DNA of 64,000 nucleotides from a virus (IMGVR_UViG_3300025162_001855), one strand, 5' to 3'; shown: positions 1-9,280, counted from the stretch's first letter. Notes: generated by a model from the sequence alone, not told the origin. Translations and numbers: made by a program.

Positions 1-363
1 ATGTTCTACAAGGTTTCCTACACAAATTGGATTGTTCCGAACGGATACAACGGCATCACTTTGGGCTGCTTTATTTTCCTTCGTCCGGAAACAAAAATGG
101 ACCCAGCTATTCTTCCACATGAATGTACCCACGTGGCACAATTTTGGAATAACCCATTCATGCCAATTTGGTATCTATTGAACAGTAAGTACAGATTGAA
201 ATGTGAAGCAGAAGCATATAAGGTTGGTTTTTCTCACAGCAACAATCCCAACAATTTGCGTATCTTCTCTGGATATTTGGCACACGACTACAATGTCAAC
301 ATTACCGAGGAAGCCGCAAAGCAAATGATTCTAAACGCTAAACCGCCGACGTTTACAATGTAA
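1..363 (+). CDS. HExxH-motif metallopeptidase-like protein, 5' truncated at the window edge
   Basis: ORF track; motif HECTH (HExxH) in the translation; one of the few plus-strand genes. Confidence 0.35.
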   Translation: MFYKVSYTNWIVPNGYNGITLGCFIFLRPETKMDPAILPHECTHVAQFWNNPFMPIWYLLNSKYRLKCEAEAYKVGFSHSNNPNNLRIFSGYLAHDYNVNITEEAAKQMILNAKPPTFTM

Positions 364-900
364 TAAACAGGAACGAAACGTTTATGCCGGCTGTTCTACC
401 ACTGAACTATGAGCCGATAACGGTCCAACGGGAATTGAACCCGTGCTTGCTGGTCGAGTATGTTGTATGCTGTACTCGTTCCTAAATCAATATATCAAGT
501 CCATAGCCGAGATTCTGTTCTATGCAACCATTTGTCTATGCACCAACCCGTCCGTTACGTTGAGACTTCACTGGGACTGTTTGGCTTGCTGACCCCTTTC
601 CGTATTCAGTAGTAAAACGATAACATAGCCACCAGATTATGGGGTTAGTATTTGAGTAGCCATTCCTTGCTACACTAGGTTATCTCCTACCAGTCTCGGG
701 TCAGTCTCGAACTTCCTCCATTATACTAAGTTATTACTGAACCCAGTATAACAGCGATTGCTTGACTTGATATAAAATTGGTGGGGCGTGAGAGAATTGA
801 ACTCTCGAGTGGCCGCGCGTGCCAGGACCATCCCAGACCCATAGTTGGTGGATCTGTTGGGATTCGAACCCAATAACTCCCATTTACGCCCCGATAAATT

Positions 901-977
901 TGGTGCCCACGGGCGGAGTCGAACCGCCAACAACGAGCTTCTGAGACTCGCTCCTCTGCCAATTGGGATACGGGGGC
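901..977 (-). tRNA. tRNA with anticodon CAG (a Leu anticodon) in a class-I short-variable-arm body
   Basis: Cloverleaf folded by hand: acceptor GCCCCCG/CGTGGGC, T-arm GGCGG-TTCGACT-CCGCC, anticodon arm CGAGT-CTCAGAA-GCTCG, 5-nt variable loop, A73 and encoded CCA. Confidence 0.5.
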
Positions 978-1257
978 TAAACTATTATGACCAAGGATGG
1001 CCGGCTGTTGGACTTGCTGTACCCGATTCTGTTGTAATTGTACCATCAACATATGCCGAATGCGTTCCAACAATGGTATGTAATGTGCGATATCCCGGGG
1101 TACCAACGGCTGCGCGTTCAGTAGTGGCCAATGCGAGCTTGTCGGTTCTACGCTTTAATCTAGTAGCAATCGGATCCACGTTTGGTCCCGACATTACTAC
1201 TTCTGTTGAAATACCATTTGCTGCCATGTTACTGTCCTCTAATGGTATTTAGCAATT

Positions 1258-1347
1258 TGGCGGAAGGTGTAGGATTTGAACCTACGTGGCTGTTACACCC
1301 ATCTCGTTTCGAGCGAGCGCCGATAGACCGGACTCTGGCAACCTTCC
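1258..1347 (-). tRNA. tRNA-Ser(CGA), class II
   Basis: Acceptor GGAAGGT/ACCTTCC, long variable arm, anticodon loop CTCGAAA, T-loop TTCAAAT, encoded CCA. Confidence 0.55.
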
Positions 1348-1355
1348 ATAAACTG

Positions 1356-1440
1356 TGGCGGAAGACATCGGAATCGAACCGACACCCCTAAGAGTGGACC
1401 ACCTTTCCAAGATGGTTTGTACCCAGTACACTATCTTCCT
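1356..1440 (-). tRNA. tRNA-Ser(GGA), class II
   Basis: Acceptor GGAAGAT/GTCTTCC, anticodon arm CCATC-TTGGAAA-GGTGG, long variable arm, T-loop TTCGATT, encoded CCA. Confidence 0.6.
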
Positions 1441-1742
1441 CGTATAAATCAATAAAGTTTTTTCCGTAAACGTTTACGACACTTCTATTTATGTGAATCA
1501 AGGTGCGCCAATAGACCACTCTGGCAACTCTCCATAAAACTGTTTCTACTAGGATTCGAACCTAGACATTGCGCCGATCAATATAATCGGTGCTAAGTAT
1601 ACCAATTCCTCACGTTATGCAAACATAGAAACAAAAATAAGCCCGTGTTTCGCCGGCTGTCTACAGCCACCACTTGGGAGGATCACGGTATCCTATTCTT
1701 CAGATTGTCCTTTTACTTGCGGCTGTTGCCCCACAAGGGATT

Positions 1743-1830
1743 TGGCGGAAGGTGTAGGATTCGAACCCACGTGCCCCTAAGGACCATCTCGGTTCAAGCG
1801 AGCGCCATTTGACCTCTCTGGCAACCTTCC
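1743..1830 (-). tRNA. tRNA-Ser(TGA), class II
   Basis: Acceptor GGAAGGT/ACCTTCC, anticodon loop CTTGAAC, long variable arm, T-loop TTCGAAT, encoded CCA. Confidence 0.55.
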
Positions 1831-1834
1831 AAAA

Positions 1835-2302
1835 TCATAAATTTTCTCTCTTTAATTTATCAATATACCAACCCACTCTAGTTGAACGTAATGTAGTTGT
1901 GTCGTTATTGTAATTGTATCTCAAATCCGGTTGTAACTTCTGCAAATTAAGAAAGTACACACCATTTGGATCAAATTCGGGATCATTAAATGCAATGACC
2001 ACATGAGTATTATGCTTTGCAGCGATATTCATATAGCTCGTATAGAATTGAAGATCAAATCCAAACGATCGTTTCCCTTTATATTCATAAGCCTTTCGTA
2101 CCTTGGCATCCACAAAGAAAAAGGTTTTGGAACTTCGATTATATAGTTCGAAATCCGGATATTGATCCCCGTCTACGCGGCACTTGTCCGATGTGTCTTT
2201 AATAATCCATGCTTGGCCCAAAGTCATATCAAGCCATGTGTGTAGCTTCTTTTCAAATGCTTTACCAATGGCATTACTAGTATCGAAACTTTTATAGCTC
2301 AT
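1835..2302 (-). CDS. PD-(D/E)xK nuclease-like protein
   Basis: ORF track; D...VDAKVRK arrangement resembles a D-(D/E)xK catalytic core. Confidence 0.35.
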   Translation of the reverse strand: MSYKSFDTSNAIGKAFEKKLHTWLDMTLGQAWIIKDTSDKCRVDGDQYPDFELYNRSSKTFFFVDAKVRKAYEYKGKRSFGFDLQFYTSYMNIAAKHNTHVVIAFNDPEFDPNGVYFLNLQKLQPDLRYNYNNDTTTLRSTRVGWYIDKLKRENL

Positions 2303-2721
2303 AAAACATTCCGTGTCATCTCGGCTAACACCCTATAGTTATTCGGATGAATACCATCTTCGGTTAATATGGATTTTGGAATATCAATTACGTTGTCATC
2401 ATTCTTTTTAGCAATCGCAAGAACAATCTTTCTTTGCTGTGGACGCAATACCTTATTGGGCAATATCCAAATAACTGAATCGGCATCAATGCTATTGCGC
2501 AGTGCGGCAATTTCAAGTTCGGAATTTACGCCCGGATAATCATTTGTCCCAATCGAAATAATTACTCTATCGGCTTGACGGAGTCTAAATCCGAAATGTT
2601 GCATATATGTTTGGCTATTAATGCCGACTTCTGCTTCGACTGTGCATTCGGGCCTATATTGGCCAATACCAACAGCAATCGAATCACCGAGAATGTAACA
2701 AGCAATCATCTCCAATAACAT
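2299..2721 (-). CDS. SGNH/GDSL-family hydrolase
   Basis: N-terminal ILGDSIA (GDS block), GTND block and DGIHPN (DxxH) in the translation. Confidence 0.5.
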   Translation of the reverse strand: MLLEMIACYILGDSIAVGIGQYRPECTVEAEVGINSQTYMQHFGFRLRQADRVIISIGTNDYPGVNSELEIAALRNSIDADSVIWILPNKVLRPQQRKIVLAIAKKNDDNVIDIPKSILTEDGIHPNNYRVLAEMTRNVL

Positions 2722-2737
2722 ATATCACCTTTAAAGT

Positions 2738-2812
2738 TGGCTGGGTGGCTAGGAGTCGAACCTAGATTAACGGAGTCAGAGTCCGTTGTCCTACCAATTA
2801 GACGACCTCCCA
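2738..2812 (-). tRNA. tRNA-Gln(CTG)
   Basis: U1:A72 acceptor TGGGAGG/CCACCCA, anticodon arm ACGGA-CTCTGAC-TCCGT, T-loop TTCGACT, G73 and encoded CCA; E. coli tRNA-Gln-like. Confidence 0.6.
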
Positions 2813-3027
2813 ATAAATCAAAACAGGATTCGCTTTTTACTTACAATAGTATTTAATTGCTGCAAGAATCCTTAACCTTTATAGCCGGTGTAGTTACATT
2901 AAGGACATCACTCCTCTACCGCTACTCCGTTAAACCAATAATCGAGCCTACACACAAATTGATGTGATTTGTGTCTCGGCTCAATCCAGTTCCCGCTTCC
3001 TGCTACGGTCTGCTCCTACTATATTCT

Positions 3028-3501
3028 TTATTGAGCCTTGACGTACTTATTGTACGCAGCAACCCAATCTGTTGCAATCTCTTTTTGTGCCGTTGCCATA
3101 TCAATTTGGCCGGCGCAAATCATTTTGTGCAACTTGTTTTCCAATGCATCCTTTAAATGGGCATTGTATGGTGTCGTTGTGTACGACTGGGGCCATAAGT
3201 TCTTAATGTCATTCATGCCCCCAAGTTCAAGCGAGATTAAATGGTCAATCTCGAACTTATCGGCACTCGGATCAATGTTGTATTCTTTGAACGCAGCCTT
3301 CTTAAGTGAATCGGGCACGTTGCGTACCTTGTTACCCTGTGCATCCTTTCCGGCTGTGTAGTTTGGAACGCAAACTATTTCCTTTGTGGCCGCTGGGTTA
3401 ACCATCCCCGGTGTCAACGTTGGATCCGGCTTCTGTGGGAAGTCTACTGCCATCGCCGGCAAAGTTACGAATAATAATACTAAGGTGTATAAGTGTTTCA
3501 T
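3028..3501 (-). CDS. HNH-motif nuclease-like protein with an N-terminal signal peptide
   Basis: Signal peptide MKHLYTLVLLFVTLPAMA; HNH-like block EIDHLISLELGGMNDIKN. Confidence 0.4.
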   Translation of the reverse strand: MKHLYTLVLLFVTLPAMAVDFPQKPDPTLTPGMVNPAATKEIVCVPNYTAGKDAQGNKVRNVPDSLKKAAFKEYNIDPSADKFEIDHLISLELGGMNDIKNLWPQSYTTTPYNAHLKDALENKLHKMICAGQIDMATAQKEIATDWVAAYNKYVKAQ

Positions 3502-3505
3502 GCAC

Positions 3506-3781
3506 TTATTTACCCGATAAATGGAAAAAGCCCTGCATCGAACCTTGCGTATCGTTCATCAGCTCGGACATGTTCACATGACTCAATCCCCACAAGGCAA
3601 AGATTAATCCGAGTAGCCAAGGAACAAACTTGGATATGTCCTTGCCATATGTCTCGGATATCTTTCGAACCATAAGGGAAATGAGATACCCGGCGCAAAA
3701 CGAAACCAGCACAACATTCCATAAATGCTGCGCCGAGATCAAGTCAAATATCTTCTGGGTTGGGTCGATAGTATGTGCCAT
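3506..3781 (-). CDS. small membrane protein
   Basis: ORF track; two hydrophobic helices. Confidence 0.35.
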   Translation of the reverse strand: MAHTIDPTQKIFDLISAQHLWNVVLVSFCAGYLISLMVRKISETYGKDISKFVPWLLGLIFALWGLSHVNMSELMNDTQGSMQGFFHLSGK

Positions 3782-3819
3782 ATAATCCTTTATGTGGACT
3801 ATACTTATTTATCCAAATT

Positions 3820-3895
3820 TGGTGCCCATTGTCGGATTCGAACTGACGACCTTTGACTTACGAAGTCACTGCTCTACCAACTGAGCTAAACGGGC
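3820..3895 (-). tRNA. tRNA-Thr(CGT)
   Basis: Acceptor GCCCGTT/AATGGGC, D-arm GCTC-AGTTGGTA-GAGC, anticodon loop TTCGTAA, T-loop TTCGAAT, encoded CCA. Confidence 0.6.
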
Positions 3896-3996
3896 ATAAG
3901 GCACATTCCACTTCCTGTCCGCGAGATAAACTCCATCCTAGGGCGGAATACTTAGTGCGTTGCCCTAGGTCGATGTTACGGCAGGTCTCTACCAAC

Positions 3997-4302
3997 CTAT
4001 TTCTTAAACCAATCCTCTGGTTTGTCTTCTTTGAACCACGAGTCAATTTGGTCTTTTGTTGGAGTTGATATTTCAACATCCTCAAAAGCCGGCTTCTCTA
4101 ATATAATGGTATCGATATAGTCACCAACATCACGTGGATGAAAATCGACTATGTCGTGCTCCATTGGAGAGAACTCAGTTACTTTGTTTCCGTATCGCTT
4201 GTCATATGGATTAAAGCCACCCCAAGTTGACTTGTGCGGAAGTCTCTTGGGGAATGCTTTTGGTTTTTCGGGCTTGCTAAACAACCTATCGAATAGTCCC
4301 AT
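3997..4302 (-). CDS. hypothetical protein
   Basis: ORF track; start moved to the internal Met so the gene sits between tRNA-Thr and tRNA-Gly. Confidence 0.35.
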   Translation of the reverse strand: MGLFDRLFSKPEKPKAFPKRLPHKSTWGGFNPYDKRYGNKVTEFSPMEHDIVDFHPRDVGDYIDTIILEKPAFEDVEISTPTKDQIDSWFKEDKPEDWFKK

Positions 4303-4317
4303 ATGGCACCTATAAAT

Positions 4318-4392
4318 TGGAGCGGAAGACGAGATTCGAACTCGCGACATTCAGGTTGGCAACTTGACGCTCTACCACTGAGCTACATCCGC
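4318..4392 (-). tRNA. tRNA-Gly(GCC)
   Basis: Acceptor GCGGATG/CTTCCGC, anticodon loop TTGCCAA, T-loop TTCGAAT, encoded CCA. Confidence 0.6.
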
Positions 4393-4402
4393 ATTACTAC
4401 TA

Positions 4403-5515
4403 TTACTTATGACCTCTACCATGTCTAACTGGTGGATCTCGGAACATACGTGTCCATATCTTACAAGATTCATCGTTATACTCAATCAATCCATTTACTG
4501 CAATTTGGGCCTTACGCCAGAAACGATAGCCCCACATCACATCGCACATCTTATCACAAATCTCATCGGAATTTGTAACCTCGTCAACTGTAAAATGTTC
4601 GGGTAACCATTCTACTTCTTTTGAAGTAACCACCGGAACACCCTGTGAGACAAAATCGGCTGTTACAATGTTGAAACTTTCCGTAAAGCTACACTGTAAT
4701 CCAATATCCATTGAGTTGGCCAAATCTAAGAAATCATCGTGATTCAACCAACCATGTTCCACAAGTTCGTACTGTTTTGGATCTAAATTATCAAATACGC
4801 CGTGTATTGCCTTAAGGACATTGTTACCGGCATCTTCTAATCGGGCTACATTGATATGGAAGCGAAGTTTTTTCTTACGCTTATCGGCAAACTTAATTGC
4901 TGCAATGGCCTGCACAAGATGATTCTTAAGTGGGCGTATTGCCCCAAAGCACCCAACGTTTACAAAATCACCAACTAGTGTACGGGGAGAAATTTCTTTC
5001 TGTATCTTATAGAAGTTTGGTAAGAATATCACCTTCTCATTGGCCACTGCCTCACCATATGCCGCAGTTGCGATACTCAGTGTATCTGTGAATGTTTGAC
5101 GGCTGTTTGGAGCCAGGAACACATTTGGATATGTGAGATATTTCATGCTCCAATCCATTGCAATCCCCTCGTTGGCCAGGAATGGGAATTCACTGTGATT
5201 ACGAACAATCCATTTAACCCCGGGATGCAGTTTGTTAAGAATTGTGAACTTCTCGGGCACAACCCAAAATGCTTCGATGATAACGTGGGTTGGTTTGTAT
5301 GCTGTAACTTCTCTATCAATACAATTGTTATCGACTACTTCAACTAATTTGGCTTCTATGTCATTATCATTGAGCATGTCAACAACAAACATTGCCGAAT
5401 TGCGAAGCCCAGAGGACAAGCAATAGGTAAAATTTGGCTTGTACTCTTTATGAAGAGCACCATATTCGTCGGACGTCATCGAGCGACGCTTTAATATAAA
5501 GAGCATTCTTGTCAT
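4403..5515 (-). CDS. glycosyltransferase, GT-B fold (group-1-like)
   Basis: C-terminal GT-B-like region in a 370-aa ORF; start trimmed to Met-35 to clear the adjacent tRNA. Confidence 0.45.
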   Translation of the reverse strand: MTRMLFILKRRSMTSDEYGALHKEYKPNFTYCLSSGLRNSAMFVVDMLNDNDIEAKLVEVVDNNCIDREVTAYKPTHVIIEAFWVVPEKFTILNKLHPGVKWIVRNHSEFPFLANEGIAMDWSMKYLTYPNVFLAPNSRQTFTDTLSIATAAYGEAVANEKVIFLPNFYKIQKEISPRTLVGDFVNVGCFGAIRPLKNHLVQAIAAIKFADKRKKKLRFHINVARLEDAGNNVLKAIHGVFDNLDPKQYELVEHGWLNHDDFLDLANSMDIGLQCSFTESFNIVTADFVSQGVPVVTSKEVEWLPEHFTVDEVTNSDEICDKMCDVMWGYRFWRKAQIAVNGLIEYNDESCKIWTRMFRDPPVRHGRGHK

Positions 5516-5581
5516 TGGTGGATTCCTAGTTGGCTGTGTATTTATACACAACCTGCAATACCATACAAGAAACACAATAAT

Positions 5582-5660
5582 TGGCGCGCCAGAGAGGACT
5601 CGAACCTCCAACCTCACCGGTAGGAACGGTGAGCTCTATCCTATATTGAGCTACTGACGC
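5582..5660 (-). tRNA. tRNA-Arg(CCT)
   Basis: Acceptor GCGTCAG/CTGGCGC, anticodon arm CACCG-TTCCTAC-CGGTG, T-loop TTCGAGT, G73 and encoded CCA. Confidence 0.6.
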
Positions 5661-5678
5661 ATGGTGCGATTGGTGGGA

Positions 5679-5763
5679 TGGTGCGCTTGGCGAGACTCGA
5701 ACTCGCATGTCTTTCGACGATAGCACCTCAAGCTATTGGGTCTACCAACTCCCCCACAAGCGC
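5679..5763 (-). tRNA. tRNA-Leu(GAG), class II
   Basis: Acceptor GCGCTTG/CAAGCGC, anticodon arm ATAGC-TTGAGGT-GCTAT, 13-nt variable arm, T-loop TTCGAGT, A73 and encoded CCA. Confidence 0.6.
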
Positions 5764-6393
5764 GTTATCCCAAACCTTTATATCTTCTAATAGTTGTTCC
5801 AATGTTATTTCACACTTCTTAGTCTTTCTAGCGTTATCGCGGTGACTAATGAATCTACAATTTGCCGGGTGAGAAATGATCTTAGGGTCGATGTTGTTCT
5901 TATACCCATAGTCTATAGATATACGATGATCTCGTACTACTCCATCTAAGTTCTTTCCTCTCGAGTACATTCCAGACTGTTTCAATAAATCGAACCCGGG
6001 TATGCGTTCAATACAACCCGCTAGGTTGAACTCACATTGTTCTCGATATATGATCTTGTGTAGTCGCTCTTCATTTGTTGTACGCCGCCTACCAGTAACC
6101 GTGCTAGCCTGCTTTGCTATGCTCGGGTGTGTGCTTTTGGTGTGCCCCTTGGCCCACGCCATTTTGTCTTTGGTATCTTGCGACAGGCTCTTATATCTAT
6201 CGGAATAGTCTCTACCACAGGTTTTCAGTCCGTTACTGTTTTTTGCTCTTATTGCCGGGCAACTATTCGGAAATGGCTTACACAAAAACTTGCCAGATCG
6301 ATTTTGATATCTGGCAACAGTACCGCATCCGCACTCACATAGCGCGTCGGTTACTACTTCTTTTGCTGGTCTTGGTCCACTTTTGTTTGGCAT
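5728..6393 (-). CDS. HNH homing-type endonuclease
   Basis: HNH block DHRISIDYGYKNN...HPANCRFISHRDNARK plus Cys-rich N-terminus; the 3' end overlaps the 5' end of tRNA-Leu(GAG). Confidence 0.55.
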   Translation of the reverse strand: MPNKSGPRPAKEVVTDALCECGCGTVARYQNRSGKFLCKPFPNSCPAIRAKNSNGLKTCGRDYSDRYKSLSQDTKDKMAWAKGHTKSTHPSIAKQASTVTGRRRTTNEERLHKIIYREQCEFNLAGCIERIPGFDLLKQSGMYSRGKNLDGVVRDHRISIDYGYKNNIDPKIISHPANCRFISHRDNARKTKKCEITLEQLLEDIKVWDNALVGELVDPIA

Positions 6394-6595
6394 ACACGTA
6401 TTTATGCGCCATTACAAATTTCTACCAATTCCGCCACAATCGCAAAAACTATTGATTCAAGATGTATGGCACCAATTTGATCTTGGATATGATCCATATG
6501 CCAACTACTATCACCGCAACAAAACATGCTGTGGCTTTTAACATTACTTTTTCTTCTTCGTGCAACTTCATAATAACTCCAATGAACAGTATTTA

Positions 6596-6670
6596 TTGGT
6601 GCCCCCACCGAGAATCGAACTCAGATTTCTGACTTACCAAGTCAATGTACTAACCGTTGTACTATAGGGG
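6596..6670 (-). tRNA. tRNA-Thr(GGT)
   Basis: Acceptor GCCCCTA/TGGGGGC, anticodon arm TTGAC-TTGGTAA-GTCAG, T-loop TTCGATT, encoded CCA. Confidence 0.6.
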
Positions 6671-6673
6671 CAA

Positions 6674-6749
6674 ATGGTGCGCGATGAAGGGATCGAACCT
6701 TCGACATCTACAATGTCAATGTAGCGCTCATACCGCTGAGCTAATCGCG
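6674..6749 (-). tRNA. tRNA-Val(GAC)
   Basis: Acceptor GCGCGAT/ATCGCGC, anticodon arm CTACA-TTGACAT-TGTAG, T-loop TTCGATC, encoded CCA. Confidence 0.65.
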
Positions 6750-6899
6750 CAAATAAGGCGCGGGGGGTGGCTCATCACCACTCTTCATAAAAACAGTTGC
6801 AACTGTTTCAGATGGGCGGCTTTTTCAGGACCGTTGCATACCCCACCAGACTACTTACGCCCTTTGCAAATTACGGCGACTCCCCCGCATATAGAAACT

Positions 6900-6975
6900 T
6901 GGTCAAGGTAAGGAGACTCGAACTCCTAGCCTCGTCGCCCCGAACGACGCGCTCTACCAATTGAGCTATACCCTG
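6900..6975 (-). tRNA. tRNA-Pro(CGG)
   Basis: Acceptor CAGGGTA/TACCTTG, anticodon arm CGTCG-TTCGGGG-CGACG, T-loop TTCGAGT, encoded CCA. Confidence 0.6.
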
Positions 6976-7503
6976 TTAATAAAAAAATGTCGATACAATA
7001 TGTATCACTCCGGCCATAAGCAACATAGCCAAGAACGGCAAATGAAACATACGCCAATGTTCAAACCATTGATCAAATTTAGCAAGATGTTTTCTGTTGT
7101 ATAGGTATCGACCAATAAGGCCGCTAATAACAGTCACCCACATACTGCACATGGCTATTCTTGCATTGCCCGCCCCAAGATGAAATCCGGTGTGATACAG
7201 GATAGCAATGGGACCAAATATACCAAGTAATGGATGCCACCAAAACCAATTGTACTCCGATCGAGGAAAGGCACGGGGCCAACGCTTCTTGGCCGAATAA
7301 AGGAATAGCAAGGCTAGCATACTTGCCCCGGTAATCCCGAGCGCATATCCTAGTCCATTTTTTGGAGTAATGTATTGGTCCGGATGATAAGCATAGCCGG
7401 CAATAATCAATGCCGCCGCAATTATACCTACCGCTCTTGGTCCGGCTTTACCCAATTCATAACTCCTCTTTAAAGCTGGTGCTGGTGTTTGGAATCGAAC
7501 CAA
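6976..7503 (-). CDS. integral membrane protein (multi-pass)
   Basis: ORF track; about five hydrophobic helices. Confidence 0.4.
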   Translation of the reverse strand: MVRFQTPAPALKRSYELGKAGPRAVGIIAAALIIAGYAYHPDQYITPKNGLGYALGITGASMLALLFLYSAKKRWPRAFPRSEYNWFWWHPLLGIFGPIAILYHTGFHLGAGNARIAMCSMWVTVISGLIGRYLYNRKHLAKFDQWFEHWRMFHLPFLAMLLMAGVIHIVSTFFY

Positions 7504-7552
7504 ATATCACTCGCTTATCAGGCGAGGCCCGCAGCCGTCTGGACCCACCAGC
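7478..7552 (-). tRNA. tRNA-Ile(GAT)
   Basis: Acceptor GCTGGTG/CACCAGC, anticodon arm CTCGC-CTGATAA-GCGAG, T-loop TTCGATT, encoded CCA. Confidence 0.6.
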
Positions 7553-8163
7553 ACTTGTATAAACTCTTTAGTCAATTGTTGTTCTTCCAATACAACAACA
7601 CGAACATGATTTTGTTGGCTGACATGTTCTATCTTTTCTTTATCCAATCTTGCCTTATACGAATTCTTAGGATCTAAATAGATATTGTAATCCACCAAAA
7701 GAAAATCCGGAAAATATTTCTTACCATCATACTTTAGGTGGCCAGGGCGAATCCATCGTATCCCCAATTCGTTTAATATTTTAGAGCACCGCAACTCATA
7801 TGAGGATTGCAAACACACCTGGTTACCAAATGAATCGCATACATTAAATTTTTTGCTTCTTCCGGCACGTTCTCTATAACCACCAAACCCTTGTGACTTG
7901 GCCGCAGCCGATAGTTTCGCTCGTCGGGCAGTCTCCATTACCGGATCTGTACACCGACCCATTTGCTTAGTGGTGTGTCTAAGAGATTCGGCATTCTTAG
8001 CCACTCGTTCATCTGTTTTAGCCGACAGTCCTTTATTCCACGCTGGGTGACCTAACGTGTGAGACACATAAATGCGGTCAGTATTCTTTGGGCATAACCG
8101 TTCATGGTTCCTGGTTGAGTTTGGATTTTTACATTCCTTACCACAATGTTTGCAAGTATTCAT
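7507..8163 (-). CDS. C2HC zinc-finger homing-type endonuclease (paralog 1 of 3)
   Basis: N-terminal CKHCGKECKNPNSTRNHERLC (C-x2-C-x12-H-x3-C); C-terminal nuclease-like block YFPDFLLVDYNIYLDPK; 3' end overlaps tRNA-Ile. Confidence 0.5.
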   Translation of the reverse strand: MNTCKHCGKECKNPNSTRNHERLCPKNTDRIYVSHTLGHPAWNKGLSAKTDERVAKNAESLRHTTKQMGRCTDPVMETARRAKLSAAAKSQGFGGYRERAGRSKKFNVCDSFGNQVCLQSSYELRCSKILNELGIRWIRPGHLKYDGKKYFPDFLLVDYNIYLDPKNSYKARLDKEKIEHVSQQNHVRVVVLEEQQLTKEFIQVLVGPDGCGPRLISE

Positions 8164-8224
8164 ATGTATTATTTAGCCTGGACAGCTCAAAAGTGTGCTC
8201 TACCACTGAGCTATAGGCCAATAA

Positions 8225-8881
8225 TCAAAATATCTGTGTAAACTCTGTCGGGGTGATAAGTCCCAAGTTTGTCTTGCGATCCTTACGCATCTCTCCAAAC
8301 TCAAAGAATGGATTGGTATGCGGAATAGTCCCATCACTTGGCATTCCATATGCCAAGATACCCACGCCATGGTCGGTATCAACTGTGACAATCTTCTTGT
8401 TGAGCAATGTGCGGAGATAGTAAATTGCCTTCCAGCAACTACCGTTGAGCGCACCAATTGCCTCCTTACCACCCTCGTTATAGAACCAATCCATGTCGTC
8501 ATTGGCCATAATCCAATCGGGCGGATTACAATCATGGAACACAATAAATCCATTATCGGACAAATGTGCCATCGAGTTGGCTGCATCCTTAAGTGTTTGG
8601 CCGGCTGTATGTAGTCCATCAATGAACACAACATCCCATTTATGGTCCACGGGAAAGCGAGTTTGGCCTTGCTCAAGGATCTTAAAGAATTCATCGGATG
8701 TCAGTTGGAATTCAACTGGATTACTCGGATTCAACAATCCCGGATCGACACCAACCTTGTGTGCCGCTGCAATATTATCAAAGCATTCGCGGGGATCATC
8801 AACACCAATCTCCAGATACTTACAACCCTGTGGAAAGTATTTTGAAATTAGGTAATTGAGAATGTTAATCCGGTTCATCAT
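8225..8881 (-). CDS. class I SAM-dependent methyltransferase (TylF/MycF-like)
   Basis: YLEIGV motif I-like and VVFIDGLH block in the translation. Confidence 0.5.
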   Translation of the reverse strand: MMNRINILNYLISKYFPQGCKYLEIGVDDPRECFDNIAAAHKVGVDPGLLNPSNPVEFQLTSDEFFKILEQGQTRFPVDHKWDVVFIDGLHTAGQTLKDAANSMAHLSDNGFIVFHDCNPPDWIMANDDMDWFYNEGGKEAIGALNGSCWKAIYYLRTLLNKKIVTVDTDHGVGILAYGMPSDGTIPHTNPFFEFGEMRKDRKTNLGLITPTEFTQIF

Positions 8882-8920
8882 AACAGAGTATCCTTGTAGT
8901 TCAGTATTTACCGTAAAAAG

Positions 8921-8996
8921 TGGTACCCCGTGTCAGACTCGAACTGACATAATTCTGCGTGTAAAGCAGATGCTTGAACCTCTCAGCTACCGGGGC
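8921..8996 (-). tRNA. tRNA-Val(TAC)
   Basis: Anticodon arm TCTGC-TTTACAC-GCAGA, T-arm GTCAG-TTCGAGT-CTGAC, A73 and encoded CCA. Confidence 0.55.
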
Positions 8997-9001
8997 AAAT
9001 T

Positions 9002-9076
9002 TGGCAGACCCTACGGGTATCGATCCCGTTACTCTACCTTGAAAGGGTAGTGATATAGCCAGTTATCTAAGGGTCC
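9002..9076 (-). tRNA. tRNA-Glu(TTC)
   Basis: Acceptor GGACCCT/AGGGTCT, anticodon arm CTACC-CTTTCAA-GGTAG, atypical T-loop ATCGATA, G73 and encoded CCA. Confidence 0.55.
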
Positions 9077-9085
9077 AAAACCGTT

Positions 9086-9168
9086 TGGTGCTGGCAGTAA
9101 GACTCGAACTTACGTAGGTTTCCCGACGGCTTACAAAACCGTTGCAATTGCCACTATGCGATGCCAGC
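9086..9168 (-). tRNA. tRNA-Thr(TGT), 83 nt with an extended variable region
   Basis: Acceptor GCTGGCA/TGCCAGC, anticodon arm ACGGT-TTTGTAA-GCCGT, T-arm GTAAG-TTCGAGT-CTTAC, encoded CCA. Confidence 0.45.
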
Positions 9169-9280
9169 GTTGATCTATTTATACTGTATGGTGGTGACGG
9201 CTGGATTCGAACCAGCGGGTTGCAACCTTATGAGGGTTGTGTGATGGGCCTCTCTGCCAAGTGGGCATTGAAAAACTTAA

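Noticed and set aside
845-1252. Plus-strand ORFs at 845-1252, 6657-6911, 17355-17798, 20951-21346, 21546-21833 and 21838-22410 overlapping tRNA or non-coding regions
   Set aside because: They run antisense through well-folded minus-strand tRNAs or GC-rich structured regions and have no ribosome-binding sites; treated as spurious.
9187-9270. tRNA-Met-like element with a CAT anticodon loop (CAACC-CTCATAA-GGTTG) and a T-arm plus CGTCACC-ACCA 3' end
   Set aside because: No matching 5' acceptor strand (GGTGACG) or D-arm could be found, so it is treated as a tRNA fragment or pseudogene rather than a functional tRNA.
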